In this document: one piece after another, positions 56,105 through 64,000 of the stretch | How positions within the stretch are numbered: position 1 is the stretch's first letter | How the letters are laid out: every line of letters starts with the position of its first letter | Origin: Candidatus Latescibacterota bacterium | Lineage (GTDB): Bacteria; Latescibacterota; UBA2968; GCA-2709665 | DNA: 64,000 bases | NCBI GenBank assembly: GCA_965237675.1 | Contig: OZ250150.1 | Location: forward strand, 1,472,001-1,536,000 | Direction: 5' to 3' | Program-made: the position numbers and the translations under genes | Notes under the pieces: generated by a model | Seen by the model: only the letters and a program-made list of their open reading frames with translations | What the model was told of the DNA's origin: nothing | The model's database searches: none

Positions 56105-57991
56105 ATGGATTCGGGATCCACGGACCGGATTTCAGAACCGGCGAAAATAAGCCGTAAAGCCGTGCGCAGGCGCCTCAATGAGATTGTGGCCCATATGCCG
56201 AGGGAACCCGGTGTATATATGTTGAAGGACGAACAGGGGCGGATCATATACATTGGAAAGGCCAAGTGTCTGCGAAGCCGGGCGCAATCCTACATCCGGT
56301 CCAATGCGGACGACGGCCGGCGTCAGTTCCGGGCGCTCGTGCGCAACGTGAGGGATCTGGAATATATCGTGGCGGATACCGAGGTGGAGGCCCTGATTCT
56401 GGAGGCCAACCTGATTAAGGAGCACAAGCCCCGTTACAATATCAATCTGAAGGACGACAAGAAGTACCCGTTTATCAGAATTACCGATGAACCGTTTCCC
56501 CGGATTGTGTTTACGCGCGACGTAGTCAAGGACGGTTCGCGTTATCTGGGACCCTATACGGACGTGAAGGCCATGCGCCGGACCCTGGAAACGATGCACC
56601 GGCTGTTCCGGATCCGCAGTTGCGACTACGCGTTGCCCGCGGGCAACGTCCGGCTCTGCCTGGACTATGAGATCAAACGGTGCGACGGCCCCTGCGAGGG
56701 GCTGATTTCTGCGGTGGAGTACCGCAAGATCGTGCGCGAGGCCGTGCTGTTTCTGACCGGGCGCCATACCCAGGTGGTGGCCGCGCTGAAGGAACGCATG
56801 CGGAATGCGGCGGCCGGGCAGCGTTACGAGGAGGCCGCGGTCTACCGGGACCGTCTGAGGGACCTGGAGCAGACGACCAACCGCCAGAAGGTGGTGTCCC
56901 CGGAACAGAAGGACTGGGATACGATCGCCGTTGCCAGGGAAGACGACGAAGCCTGCTGCGTGGTAATGGAGGTCCGGGAGGGAAGGCTGATCGGGAGGCA
57001 GCACTATTTCCTGGGCGGCGTTCTGGACGCGCCGATGGCCGAGGTGGTTGGTTCCTTTGTCCAATTGCTTTATCTGACGGCCTCGTTCGTGCCGGAGGAG
57101 ATCTGCCTGCCGTGCGATATCGAATCGCGCGAAACCGTGCTGGATTGGTTGCGGGGGCGGGCAGGCGGTCTTGTGGAAATCCGGGTGCCCCAGCGGGGCG
57201 ACAAGGCGCGGCTGGTGAAGATGGCGGAGAACAACGCCGCGCTGTTGCTGAGCGAACGCCGGTTGAGACGTGAGAACCGGAGGGCCCAGGCGCCTGCCGC
57301 CGTTGCCGCGCTGCAGCGCGACCTGCGCCTGGAGGGTCCCCCGAAACGGATCGAGGCGATGGACATTTCCAATTTCCAGGGAACGGATCCCGTGGCGTCG
57401 CTGGTCTGTTTTGTGGATGGCCGGCCCCGGAAGTCCGAGTACAGGCACTTCAGGATTGCCGGAATCGAGGGGCCGGACGATTTCGCGATGATGCGGCAGG
57501 TGGTGACGCGGCGGTTCAAACGCCTGATGGAGGAGGGGCGGGTGTTTCCCGATCTGCTGTTGATCGACGGCGGAAAGGGGCAGCTTTCCAGCGCGGTGGC
57601 GGCGTTGCATGCGCTGGGCGTTCGGAAACAGCCCGTGATTGGTCTCGCCAAACGCCTGGAGGAAGTGTTCCTGCCGGCCCATTCGGACCCTCAGAATATT
57701 CCCAAGGCCTCGGCGGCGCTCAAGTTGTTGCAGGCCGTTCGGGATGAATCGCACCGGTTTGCGATTACCTATCACCGCAAGCTGAGGCAAAAGCGAACGC
57801 TGGCTTCCCAACTGGATGATATCGACGGGGTGGGTCCGGCCCGTCGCAAGGCGCTGTTGACCCATTTTGGCTCGATGAAGAAGATCTGGGAGGCGGGCGC
57901 TTCGGAAATCGCGGCGGTGGAGGGCATCGGATCGAAGCTCGCGGAACAGATAGCGGAGCAATTGAAAACCACCGTTCATTCCAGAAAATAG
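56105..57991 (+). CDS. uvrC: Excinuclease ABC subunit C
   Basis: PGVY..YIGKA, DDKKYP, DISN, IDGGKGQL, RDESHRFA, HhH. Confidence 0.96.
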   Translation: MDSGSTDRISEPAKISRKAVRRRLNEIVAHMPREPGVYMLKDEQGRIIYIGKAKCLRSRAQSYIRSNADDGRRQFRALVRNVRDLEYIVADTEVEALILEANLIKEHKPRYNINLKDDKKYPFIRITDEPFPRIVFTRDVVKDGSRYLGPYTDVKAMRRTLETMHRLFRIRSCDYALPAGNVRLCLDYEIKRCDGPCEGLISAVEYRKIVREAVLFLTGRHTQVVAALKERMRNAAAGQRYEEAAVYRDRLRDLEQTTNRQKVVSPEQKDWDTIAVAREDDEACCVVMEVREGRLIGRQHYFLGGVLDAPMAEVVGSFVQLLYLTASFVPEEICLPCDIESRETVLDWLRGRAGGLVEIRVPQRGDKARLVKMAENNAALLLSERRLRRENRRAQAPAAVAALQRDLRLEGPPKRIEAMDISNFQGTDPVASLVCFVDGRPRKSEYRHFRIAGIEGPDDFAMMRQVVTRRFKRLMEEGRVFPDLLLIDGGKGQLSSAVAALHALGVRKQPVIGLAKRLEEVFLPAHSDPQNIPKASAALKLLQAVRDESHRFAITYHRKLRQKRTLASQLDDIDGVGPARRKALLTHFGSMKKIWEAGASEIAAVEGIGSKLAEQIAEQLKTTVHSRK

Positions 57992-58024
57992 ATTACCGGC
58001 CGTTTGTAATACGGGGAGCAAGCG

Positions 58025-58567
58025 ATGAAAAATGGATCGGGCAAGGCGCGGACGACGCAATCCGCGGTCATGCAGACGGGACTGGGGCGGGTGAGCGTAA
58101 CATGGGATAAAAGCAGGCTGGGGTCCATCCAACTGGGGCGTTTCGAGCGGGTCGACGTTGCCCGGCCCGACCTGGTGGAGGGCGAACCCCCGGATCCAGC
58201 GGGGGAGCGCCTCATGAACGCGCTGGCGGGTTATTTTTCCGGCGATCTTGTGCGATTTCCCAACGTTCCCGACCCGTCCCGATATACGGATTTTCAAGAG
58301 ATGGTCTGGCGGGCAACACGGGAGATTCCGTATGGCCGGCGACGATCCTACGGCAGCATTGCCACGGCGATCGGGCGCCCGAAGGCGGCCCGGGCGGTGG
58401 GCGCCGCCATCGGTAAGAATCCGTACGTGATCCTGGTGCCATGCCATCGGGTTGTCGGAGCTTCCGGAGCCCTGACGGGATTTGCCTATGGCGGGGAATG
58501 GAAGGCCGCCCTGCTGGCGCTGGAGGGTAATGGCGGACGCGGGAGCACGCAGGAATGGCGGACGTAA
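58025..58567 (+). CDS. ogt: Methylated-DNA--protein-cysteine methyltransferase
   Basis: IPYG, ARAVG.A, VPCHRV. Confidence 0.93.
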   Translation: MKNGSGKARTTQSAVMQTGLGRVSVTWDKSRLGSIQLGRFERVDVARPDLVEGEPPDPAGERLMNALAGYFSGDLVRFPNVPDPSRYTDFQEMVWRATREIPYGRRRSYGSIATAIGRPKAARAVGAAIGKNPYVILVPCHRVVGASGALTGFAYGGEWKAALLALEGNGGRGSTQEWRT

Positions 58568-59493
58568 TGGGTATCGAGGCCGGAGAGCAGCGCCTCACAG
58601 CGGAATGGCGGGGGGCGCTGCAATCGTTTATGGACTACGTGCACCTTGAGCAGGGGTTAGCCGAAAATACGGTATCGGCCTATGCGCGGGACCTGGACCG
58701 GTACGCCACGGTTCTGGAGGCGCGGGGCGTAGGGAGGCCCGTCGACGTCTCACAGGCGGACGTGTCGGCGTTATTGCAGTTGCTGGGAGACCTCGGCCTG
58801 GAAGCGTCCAGCGTGGCGCGCAATCTGACCTCGGTCCGGATGTTTCATCGGTTTCTGCAGGCGGAGGGGGTGATCGATAACGATCCCACCGAGCACATGA
58901 AGTCGCCTAAACAGGGCCGGAAACTGCCCTCTGTCCTGAATATCTACGAGGTGGAACGCCTGATGATGGAGCCGGACGCTGAGACGCCTCTGGGATTGCG
59001 GGACCGCGCGCTGCTGGAAATGTTGTACGGAGCGGGTCTCCGGGTGTCGGAATTGATCGGACTGGAACGGGTGCACCTGTTGTTCGACCTGGAGGTGGTG
59101 CGCGTGATCGGCAAGGGCAGCCGGGAGCGGATCGTGCCCATCGGATCGGAAGCCGTCGACTGGGTCAATCGTTACCTGGGCGAGGCCCGGGCCGAACTGA
59201 GCGGGCCGACGTCCGGCAATACGGTCTTCCTGAATTTTCGCGGCGGCGCCATGTCCCGAATGGGAATATGGAAGAAAATGCGCGGATACGTCCGGAGTTC
59301 CGGCATTGAAAAGGCGGTCAGCCCCCATACCATGCGCCATTCGTTCGCGACCCATCTGCTGGAGGGCGGCGCCGATCTCAGGGCCGTGCAGGAGATGCTG
59401 GGGCACGTGGATATATCCACAACGCAGATCTACACCCACGTCGACCGGGAATACCTGAAGGAGGTGCATCGGACGTTCCATCCCCGGGCATGA
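58555..59493 (+). CDS. xerD: Site-specific tyrosine recombinase XerD
   Basis: LAENTVSAY..DL, GLRVSEL, SPHTMRHSFATH, LGH.DISTTQIYTHV. Confidence 0.93.
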   Translation: MADVMGIEAGEQRLTAEWRGALQSFMDYVHLEQGLAENTVSAYARDLDRYATVLEARGVGRPVDVSQADVSALLQLLGDLGLEASSVARNLTSVRMFHRFLQAEGVIDNDPTEHMKSPKQGRKLPSVLNIYEVERLMMEPDAETPLGLRDRALLEMLYGAGLRVSELIGLERVHLLFDLEVVRVIGKGSRERIVPIGSEAVDWVNRYLGEARAELSGPTSGNTVFLNFRGGAMSRMGIWKKMRGYVRSSGIEKAVSPHTMRHSFATHLLEGGADLRAVQEMLGHVDISTTQIYTHVDREYLKEVHRTFHPRA

Positions 59494-60596
59494 CGGGACA
59501 CCGATCGAAAATGACTATGCACGCGGATCTCAGCGCACATCTTAAGACGGTTGAAATCGTGTCTTCGGCGCCATGCCGCCTCGACGTCGGCGGCACGTGG
59601 GACCTGAAGTGTTTCGCGCTTCCGTATGCCAGCCTGAATCCCGCCACGACCAATATTGCCATTTCCGCGCGCACACGCATCCGCCTTAAAGCCTACCGGC
59701 CTGGCTGGGTGCGAATCGTCGATGAGTATCATCACGAGGCGTTTCCCGCCGATGCGTTCGACATGACGGGACATTTCGGGCTGCTGTTCGCCATTGCGGC
59801 TCATTTTGCGCTGGGCGGCGTCGAAATCGAGATCGCCTACGGTTGCCCGCCCCGCAGCGGCGTGGGCGGTTCCGGCACGCTCTCGGTCGCCCTGGCCGGG
59901 GCCCTTGCCCGCACGCGCGAGCTTGTCGGCGGCGTCCGACTGTCGCCGGAGGAAATCGTCGAGATCGTCTACAATATTGAAGACGGTCTGCGGTACTCCT
60001 ATACCGGCCTGCAGGACCAGTGCGCCGCCACGTACGGCGGCGTCAACACCTGGCATTGGACCTACGGCGACCCGCGGGGCAAGTTCCGGCGGGAAGCGAT
60101 TCTTTCCCCCGATCAATACAGCGCCCTTAGCGACCGTCTGCTGGTCGCGTATATTGGCAAACCGCACGACTCCAACGACGTCAACAGCCGGCAGGTGGAC
60201 GACTTCCTGGCAGGTCGACATCGCAAACGGTGGTTCCGGATCAACGAAATCGGCGCGGAGTTCGCCGAGTCACTGAAACGGGCCGATTGGGAGGCCGCAG
60301 GCAGGCTGATGGACGAGGAAACCGGGGTTCGCTGTGCGATCGTCCCGGCCCGTATGACCGTCGTCGGAGAAAAACTGCAGGCTGTATGCAACGAATTCGG
60401 GGCGGGTTTCGCCACGGCGGGCAGCGGCAACGGCGGGTGCGTCTGGGCGCTTTTGCCGCACCCCGGGGTCGTTCCCGAAATCTCGGACGCCTGGCGGGAG
60501 ATCCTGTGCGCCGTACCCACGGCACGAATCCTTCCCGCAACGGTGGATCCCCGGGGTCTCGAAGTCAAGCGGGTCGCTCCCGGAGCCGCCGCCTGA
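59490..60596 (+). CDS. GHMP-family sugar kinase (HddA heptose-7-phosphate kinase-like)
   Basis: SAPCRLDVGG, PPRSGVGGSG, GLQDQ, GSGNGG. Confidence 0.8.
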   Translation: MTGHRSKMTMHADLSAHLKTVEIVSSAPCRLDVGGTWDLKCFALPYASLNPATTNIAISARTRIRLKAYRPGWVRIVDEYHHEAFPADAFDMTGHFGLLFAIAAHFALGGVEIEIAYGCPPRSGVGGSGTLSVALAGALARTRELVGGVRLSPEEIVEIVYNIEDGLRYSYTGLQDQCAATYGGVNTWHWTYGDPRGKFRREAILSPDQYSALSDRLLVAYIGKPHDSNDVNSRQVDDFLAGRHRKRWFRINEIGAEFAESLKRADWEAAGRLMDEETGVRCAIVPARMTVVGEKLQAVCNEFGAGFATAGSGNGGCVWALLPHPGVVPEISDAWREILCAVPTARILPATVDPRGLEVKRVAPGAAA

Positions 60597-60684
60597 ATAC
60601 GGTTTCGATTCCTGCGCGTTTTGTCCAGGATGGTTGATGCGCTCAAGCGATACCTCGAACCAAAGTTTGAAAGGGATTCACGCC

Positions 60685-60865
60685 CGCTTCCTCAACGACT
60701 CGCGGATCCAGAAAAGCGCGAACGACGACTGGAAGGTGGAGCGGACATTCTTGTCTGCTCACGTACATCGAACCCTAACCTCGGAATCCTGTGTCCGGAC
60801 ACGCCGCGACTCGCCGCCGTCTCCCGCACTGGAAGAAGGACGGCGCTATCTATTGGATCACCTTT
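60685..60865 (+). repeat. 181-bp segment (REP plus RAYT 5' end) duplicated at 61458-61638
   Basis: One mismatch between copies. Confidence 0.9.
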
Positions 60866-61420
60866 CGCCTCGCTGACGCGATCCCCCGGGACAAACGTCG
60901 CGCCTTCCAGGAAGCGCGTAAGCTGTGGCTCAAGCGCCACCCCGAACCGTGGACGGACGCTGAGTGGAAAGAATACAACCGACGTTTCGATGAAAAGATC
61001 GAATCTTGGCTCGATGCCGGATTGGGTTCCCGCGCCTTGGCGCACATCGATGCCCGCGAAGCTGTCAAGAACTGTCTTTTGCGCTTCGACGGTGAAAGAC
61101 TGCGGCTTCACGCAGCCGTCATCATGCCCACGCATGTTCACCTCCTTATGGAACCGCTGGGAGGCCATAACCTTTCGCGGATTCTGCGGGGCATTAAGGG
61201 CGCATCTGCCCGCGAAATCAACAAACTCATTGGCGTCACCGGGACTTTCTGGCTCGACGAATCCTATGATCACGTAGTGCGCAGCGAAAAGCAGTATTGG
61301 CGCTTCGTCCGCTACATCATGGAAAACCCCACAAAAGCCGGACTGCGCAACCAGGAGTATTGGCTTTATAGAGGCGGCGCAAGCCTTTCTTCTGTCCGCA
61401 TTCTGGCAGAAGGACAATGA
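60791..61420 (+). CDS. REP-associated tyrosine (HUH/Y1) transposase, RAYT
   Basis: RRRLPHW, ITFRL, VIMPTHVHLL, FW.DESYDHVVR, YIMENP; inverted REPs at ~60735-60760 and ~61424-61449. Confidence 0.88.
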   Translation: MSGHAATRRRLPHWKKDGAIYWITFRLADAIPRDKRRAFQEARKLWLKRHPEPWTDAEWKEYNRRFDEKIESWLDAGLGSRALAHIDAREAVKNCLLRFDGERLRLHAAVIMPTHVHLLMEPLGGHNLSRILRGIKGASAREINKLIGVTGTFWLDESYDHVVRSEKQYWRFVRYIMENPTKAGLRNQEYWLYRGGASLSSVRILAEGQ

Positions 61421-61457
61421 GAAGGGCAGACAGGAATGTCTGCCCCACCTTCACACA

Positions 61458-61638
61458 CGCTTCCTCAACGACTCGCGGATCCAGAAAAGCGCGAACGACG
61501 ACTGGAAGGTGGAGCGGACATTCTTGTCTGCTCACGTACATCGAACCCTAACCTCGGAATCCTGTGTCCGGACACGCCGCGACTCGCCGCCGTCTCCCGC
61601 ACTGGAAGAAGGACGGCGCTATCTATTGGATTACCTTT
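61458..61638 (+). repeat. Truncated duplicate of the REP-RAYT 5' end
   Basis: Copy of 60685-60865. Confidence 0.9.
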
Positions 61639-61735
61639 GTCTGCATTCCGGGAGAAGGACCTCTACCCCCGGCCCCCTCTCCTACGAGAAGAGGGGGAGT
61701 CCAACGAAGCGTTGCGTAAACACGAGAAGGGCAGA

Positions 61736-62464
61736 ATGGAGGAAAGCGTCAAAACAAACGCTCAGGATTACCTGCTTTCCATCATGATTCCCGTGTATAA
61801 CGAGTCGAACACGCTGGGCGCCGTGATCGAGCGCGTCAGGGCCGTTCAGGTTCAGGAAGGCGTGCGTAAGGAGATCATCGTTGTGGACGACGGTTCCACC
61901 GACGGAACGGATTCGATATTGAGGAACCTGGACGACGCCGGCATCGTGGTCGTACGCCACCCCCGGAACCGGGGCAAGGGCGCGGCCGTTCGCACGGCCC
62001 TGGAACACGTGAACGGGGACTGGGCCCTCATCCAGGATGCCGACCTGGAATACGCCCCGGAAGACGTCCCCGAACTGATCGCCCCTCTTCTGCGAGATCC
62101 TTCGATCGACGCGGTTTTCGGTTCGCGTTTCCTGGGCCAAATCGAAGGCATGAAGCTGCCGAATTTCATCGCGAACAAACTGCTCACCTGGTTCACGAAT
62201 CTACTCTTTCTTTCGCGGATCACCGACCTCTGCACCGGATACAAACTCTACCGGACCGATGCCCTTCTTCAGATACCATTGGTTCGAGACGGATTCGACC
62301 TGGAACACGAGCTTACGGCCAAGCTCCTGAAAAATGGCTGCCGGATCGTTGACGTCCCGATCACGTACCGGGGCCGGGACGTGAGTGCGGGCAAAAAGGT
62401 GCGCTGGACAGACTTTTTTCTCAACATTAAAACCCTCCTCAAATACCGATTCTCCAGAATATGA
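61736..62464 (+). CDS. GT2 polyprenol-phosphate glycosyltransferase (DPM1-like)
   Basis: IPVYNE, VDDGSTDGT, NRGKGAA, QDADLEY.P, VFGSRF, GKK. Confidence 0.92.
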   Translation: MEESVKTNAQDYLLSIMIPVYNESNTLGAVIERVRAVQVQEGVRKEIIVVDDGSTDGTDSILRNLDDAGIVVVRHPRNRGKGAAVRTALEHVNGDWALIQDADLEYAPEDVPELIAPLLRDPSIDAVFGSRFLGQIEGMKLPNFIANKLLTWFTNLLFLSRITDLCTGYKLYRTDALLQIPLVRDGFDLEHELTAKLLKNGCRIVDVPITYRGRDVSAGKKVRWTDFFLNIKTLLKYRFSRI

Positions 62465-64000
62465 ACGCGCGATATCTCAGCCTCATCTTTCCGTACAGCC
62501 TCGTGGTTCTTCTGGCTTTTCAGTGCCTTTACGATCTGAACCTGGCCACCCTCGCACCCACTATGGCCTGTATGGTGGCGATTCTCTGTGTCGCCGGCCT
62601 GGCGGCGTTTCGCGGGATTCCTGAAAACCTGTTTCTGACCGCGGCCGCTGTGGGTTCCCTGGCCGTTTGCGGCATATATCTTCTTACGTGCAACGAATGG
62701 GTCCATATTATCGGCGACAATATTGCGTACATCAGGGACGCCAGGCGCCTGGTTCAGGGCACGGGCGTGCTGGACAGCCAGTACGGTCTGGGCGTGAAAA
62801 CGATGCTGATGCCGGCGGTCGTCCTGTTCCCGGACAGTGTAGTCGCGCTCAAGGTGACGATCGCCGTTTCGGGTTTCTTATTCCCGTTCTGCACGTTCCT
62901 GGTCCTCCGGGATTTTATCGACAACAGCCGGGCGCTTCTGATTGCGATGATCTCCGGTGCGTTCTGGATTTCGGTGGAATACGCCCATGTCGTAACGGCG
63001 GATATTCCCTTCCCGGCCTTCTCGATGCTCGCACTCTGGGCGATCCTGCAATACATCAAACAACCGGGGATTTCCCGGAAATGGTTGATTGGCGCCGCTT
63101 GCGCCGTGGGCTGGGCCTACCACGTGAAATCGCCGTCCATCTACCTGGTGATTGCGGCAACCCTCTATCTTTTACTTCGCAAGGAGATAAAAAAACCTCT
63201 GCTTCTTGTCGTATTCGCCTCCGTGTGGGTTCTTCCCTGGGCGTTCTACCTCAACGTCAACTTCCCCGAATCCCAGGGCTACCTGGGAATGATCAACCAG
63301 ATCGCCACGGGAACGTATATCCCGGAAAGCGACGTGGGGTCCTTCTGGCATAATTTCTTCTATTATTTCTTTCAGAAGAATCCGGTGGGCTATCTCAAGA
63401 ACCTGGAATACCTCCTGCTGCCCAAACTATATATGAGCCAGTTGCCGATCTCCGCGGAGTGGCGTCCCGTGGGCTGGTTCTTCCTCATTCTGATTGCCAC
63501 AGGGTTCGTATTCGGCAGAAGCCCCGCCAGCAGAAAACCGCTCCCGCTTCTCCGAAGCCTCCAGGTCCACGATTGGTACGTTTTAGGCTACGTTGCCACG
63601 CTCTTCACGCTGCCCGGTTCCCCCAATCGTTACTTGCTCCCCGTATTGCCTTTTATTGTTTTCTACGTCTTCAAGGGCGTGGAAAGGATCTGCGCTTGCT
63701 TCCCGGAAACCATCTCCCCGCCCAAATGCCTACCCAGCTATCTGCCATTGGGGAAAGTCATCGCCGTCTTTCAACGCCCTGCATTGGCCAGGCACAACCC
63801 CGTTTTTCTGGCCTGTTTGTTTCTGCTGCCGTCCTTGTTCACGGATTTCGCAATCATCAAAAGCCAGCGAATGACGCCGGGCTATCACGCTTACTGGAAA
63901 CCGTATTACGAGGCCAGCGTCTGGATGAAGGATAATACGCCCCCCCAGAGCCGTGTCACCACGCGGAAGCCGGGCCTGGTGTGGTTCTGGTCGGGGCGGG
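62461..64000 (+). CDS. ArnT/PMT-like (GT-C) membrane glycosyltransferase, runs off the window
   Basis: Open frame from ATG 62461, overlapping the GT2 stop; GDNIAYI, multiple TMs, C-terminal W.KDNTPP..RKP. Confidence 0.75.
   Translation, partial: MNARYLSLIFPYSLVVLLAFQCLYDLNLATLAPTMACMVAILCVAGLAAFRGIPENLFLTAAAVGSLAVCGIYLLTCNEWVHIIGDNIAYIRDARRLVQGTGVLDSQYGLGVKTMLMPAVVLFPDSVVALKVTIAVSGFLFPFCTFLVLRDFIDNSRALLIAMISGAFWISVEYAHVVTADIPFPAFSMLALWAILQYIKQPGISRKWLIGAACAVGWAYHVKSPSIYLVIAATLYLLLRKEIKKPLLLVVFASVWVLPWAFYLNVNFPESQGYLGMINQIATGTYIPESDVGSFWHNFFYYFFQKNPVGYLKNLEYLLLPKLYMSQLPISAEWRPVGWFFLILIATGFVFGRSPASRKPLPLLRSLQVHDWYVLGYVATLFTLPGSPNRYLLPVLPFIVFYVFKGVERICACFPETISPPKCLPSYLPLGKVIAVFQRPALARHNPVFLACLFLLPSLFTDFAIIKSQRMTPGYHAYWKPYYEASVWMKDNTPPQSRVTTRKPGLVWFWSGR

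Noticed and set aside
56132-58447. 771-aa minus-strand ORF and other long antisense ORFs (e.g. 1294-2703, 12166-13710, 31254-32642)
   Set aside because: Shadow frames of well-supported genes in GC-rich DNA, with no recognisable motifs
58555-59493. Prophage or integron integrase
   Set aside because: XerD-type motifs in a housekeeping uvrC-ogt context; no att sites, IntI insertion or phage genes seen
61436-61735. 100-aa N-terminal extension of the GT2
   Set aside because: Derived from the duplicated REP/RAYT fragment; the true start is probably ATG 61736

Overview
GC-rich bacterial chromosome segment. The WD40 plus dockerin/EF-hand-like protein, heparinase II/III and BNR proteins, many TPR proteins and dense palindromic repeats suggest a marine or sponge-associated Latescibacterota/Gemmatimonadota/Poribacteria-like organism (inference only). 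Layout: (1) 0.2-14.9 kb sugar/acid catabolism genes (DHDPS-like, enolase superfamily, two Gfo/Idh/MocA, heparinase II/III, BNR protein, a divergent SHMT-like PLP enzyme, homocysteine methyltransferase). (2) A BrnT/BrnA-type TA pair inside five composite repeats, then a sigma54-driven Hsp20. (3) A 3.3 kb IS1595-family transposon with perfect 23-bp TIRs carrying a DNA methyltransferase-HNH fusion and two small cargo genes; it has no TSD and both flanking genes are truncated. (4) A duplicated membrane+TPR / GT-C-like module and glycosyltransferases. (5) An atypical AddAB-like helicase-nuclease pair. (6) PhyH, WD40, flippase/YfhO/GT4/rfaE2 downstream of hisGDCB. (7) uvrC-ogt-xerD-GHMP kinase, a RAYT with cognate REPs, and further glycosyltransferases. 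Intergenic DNA holds several REP classes, two MITE families with target-site duplications, and a ~185-bp structured repeat with compensatory base changes. No CRISPR array, rRNA or tRNA was seen. All assignments are by eye, without database searches.
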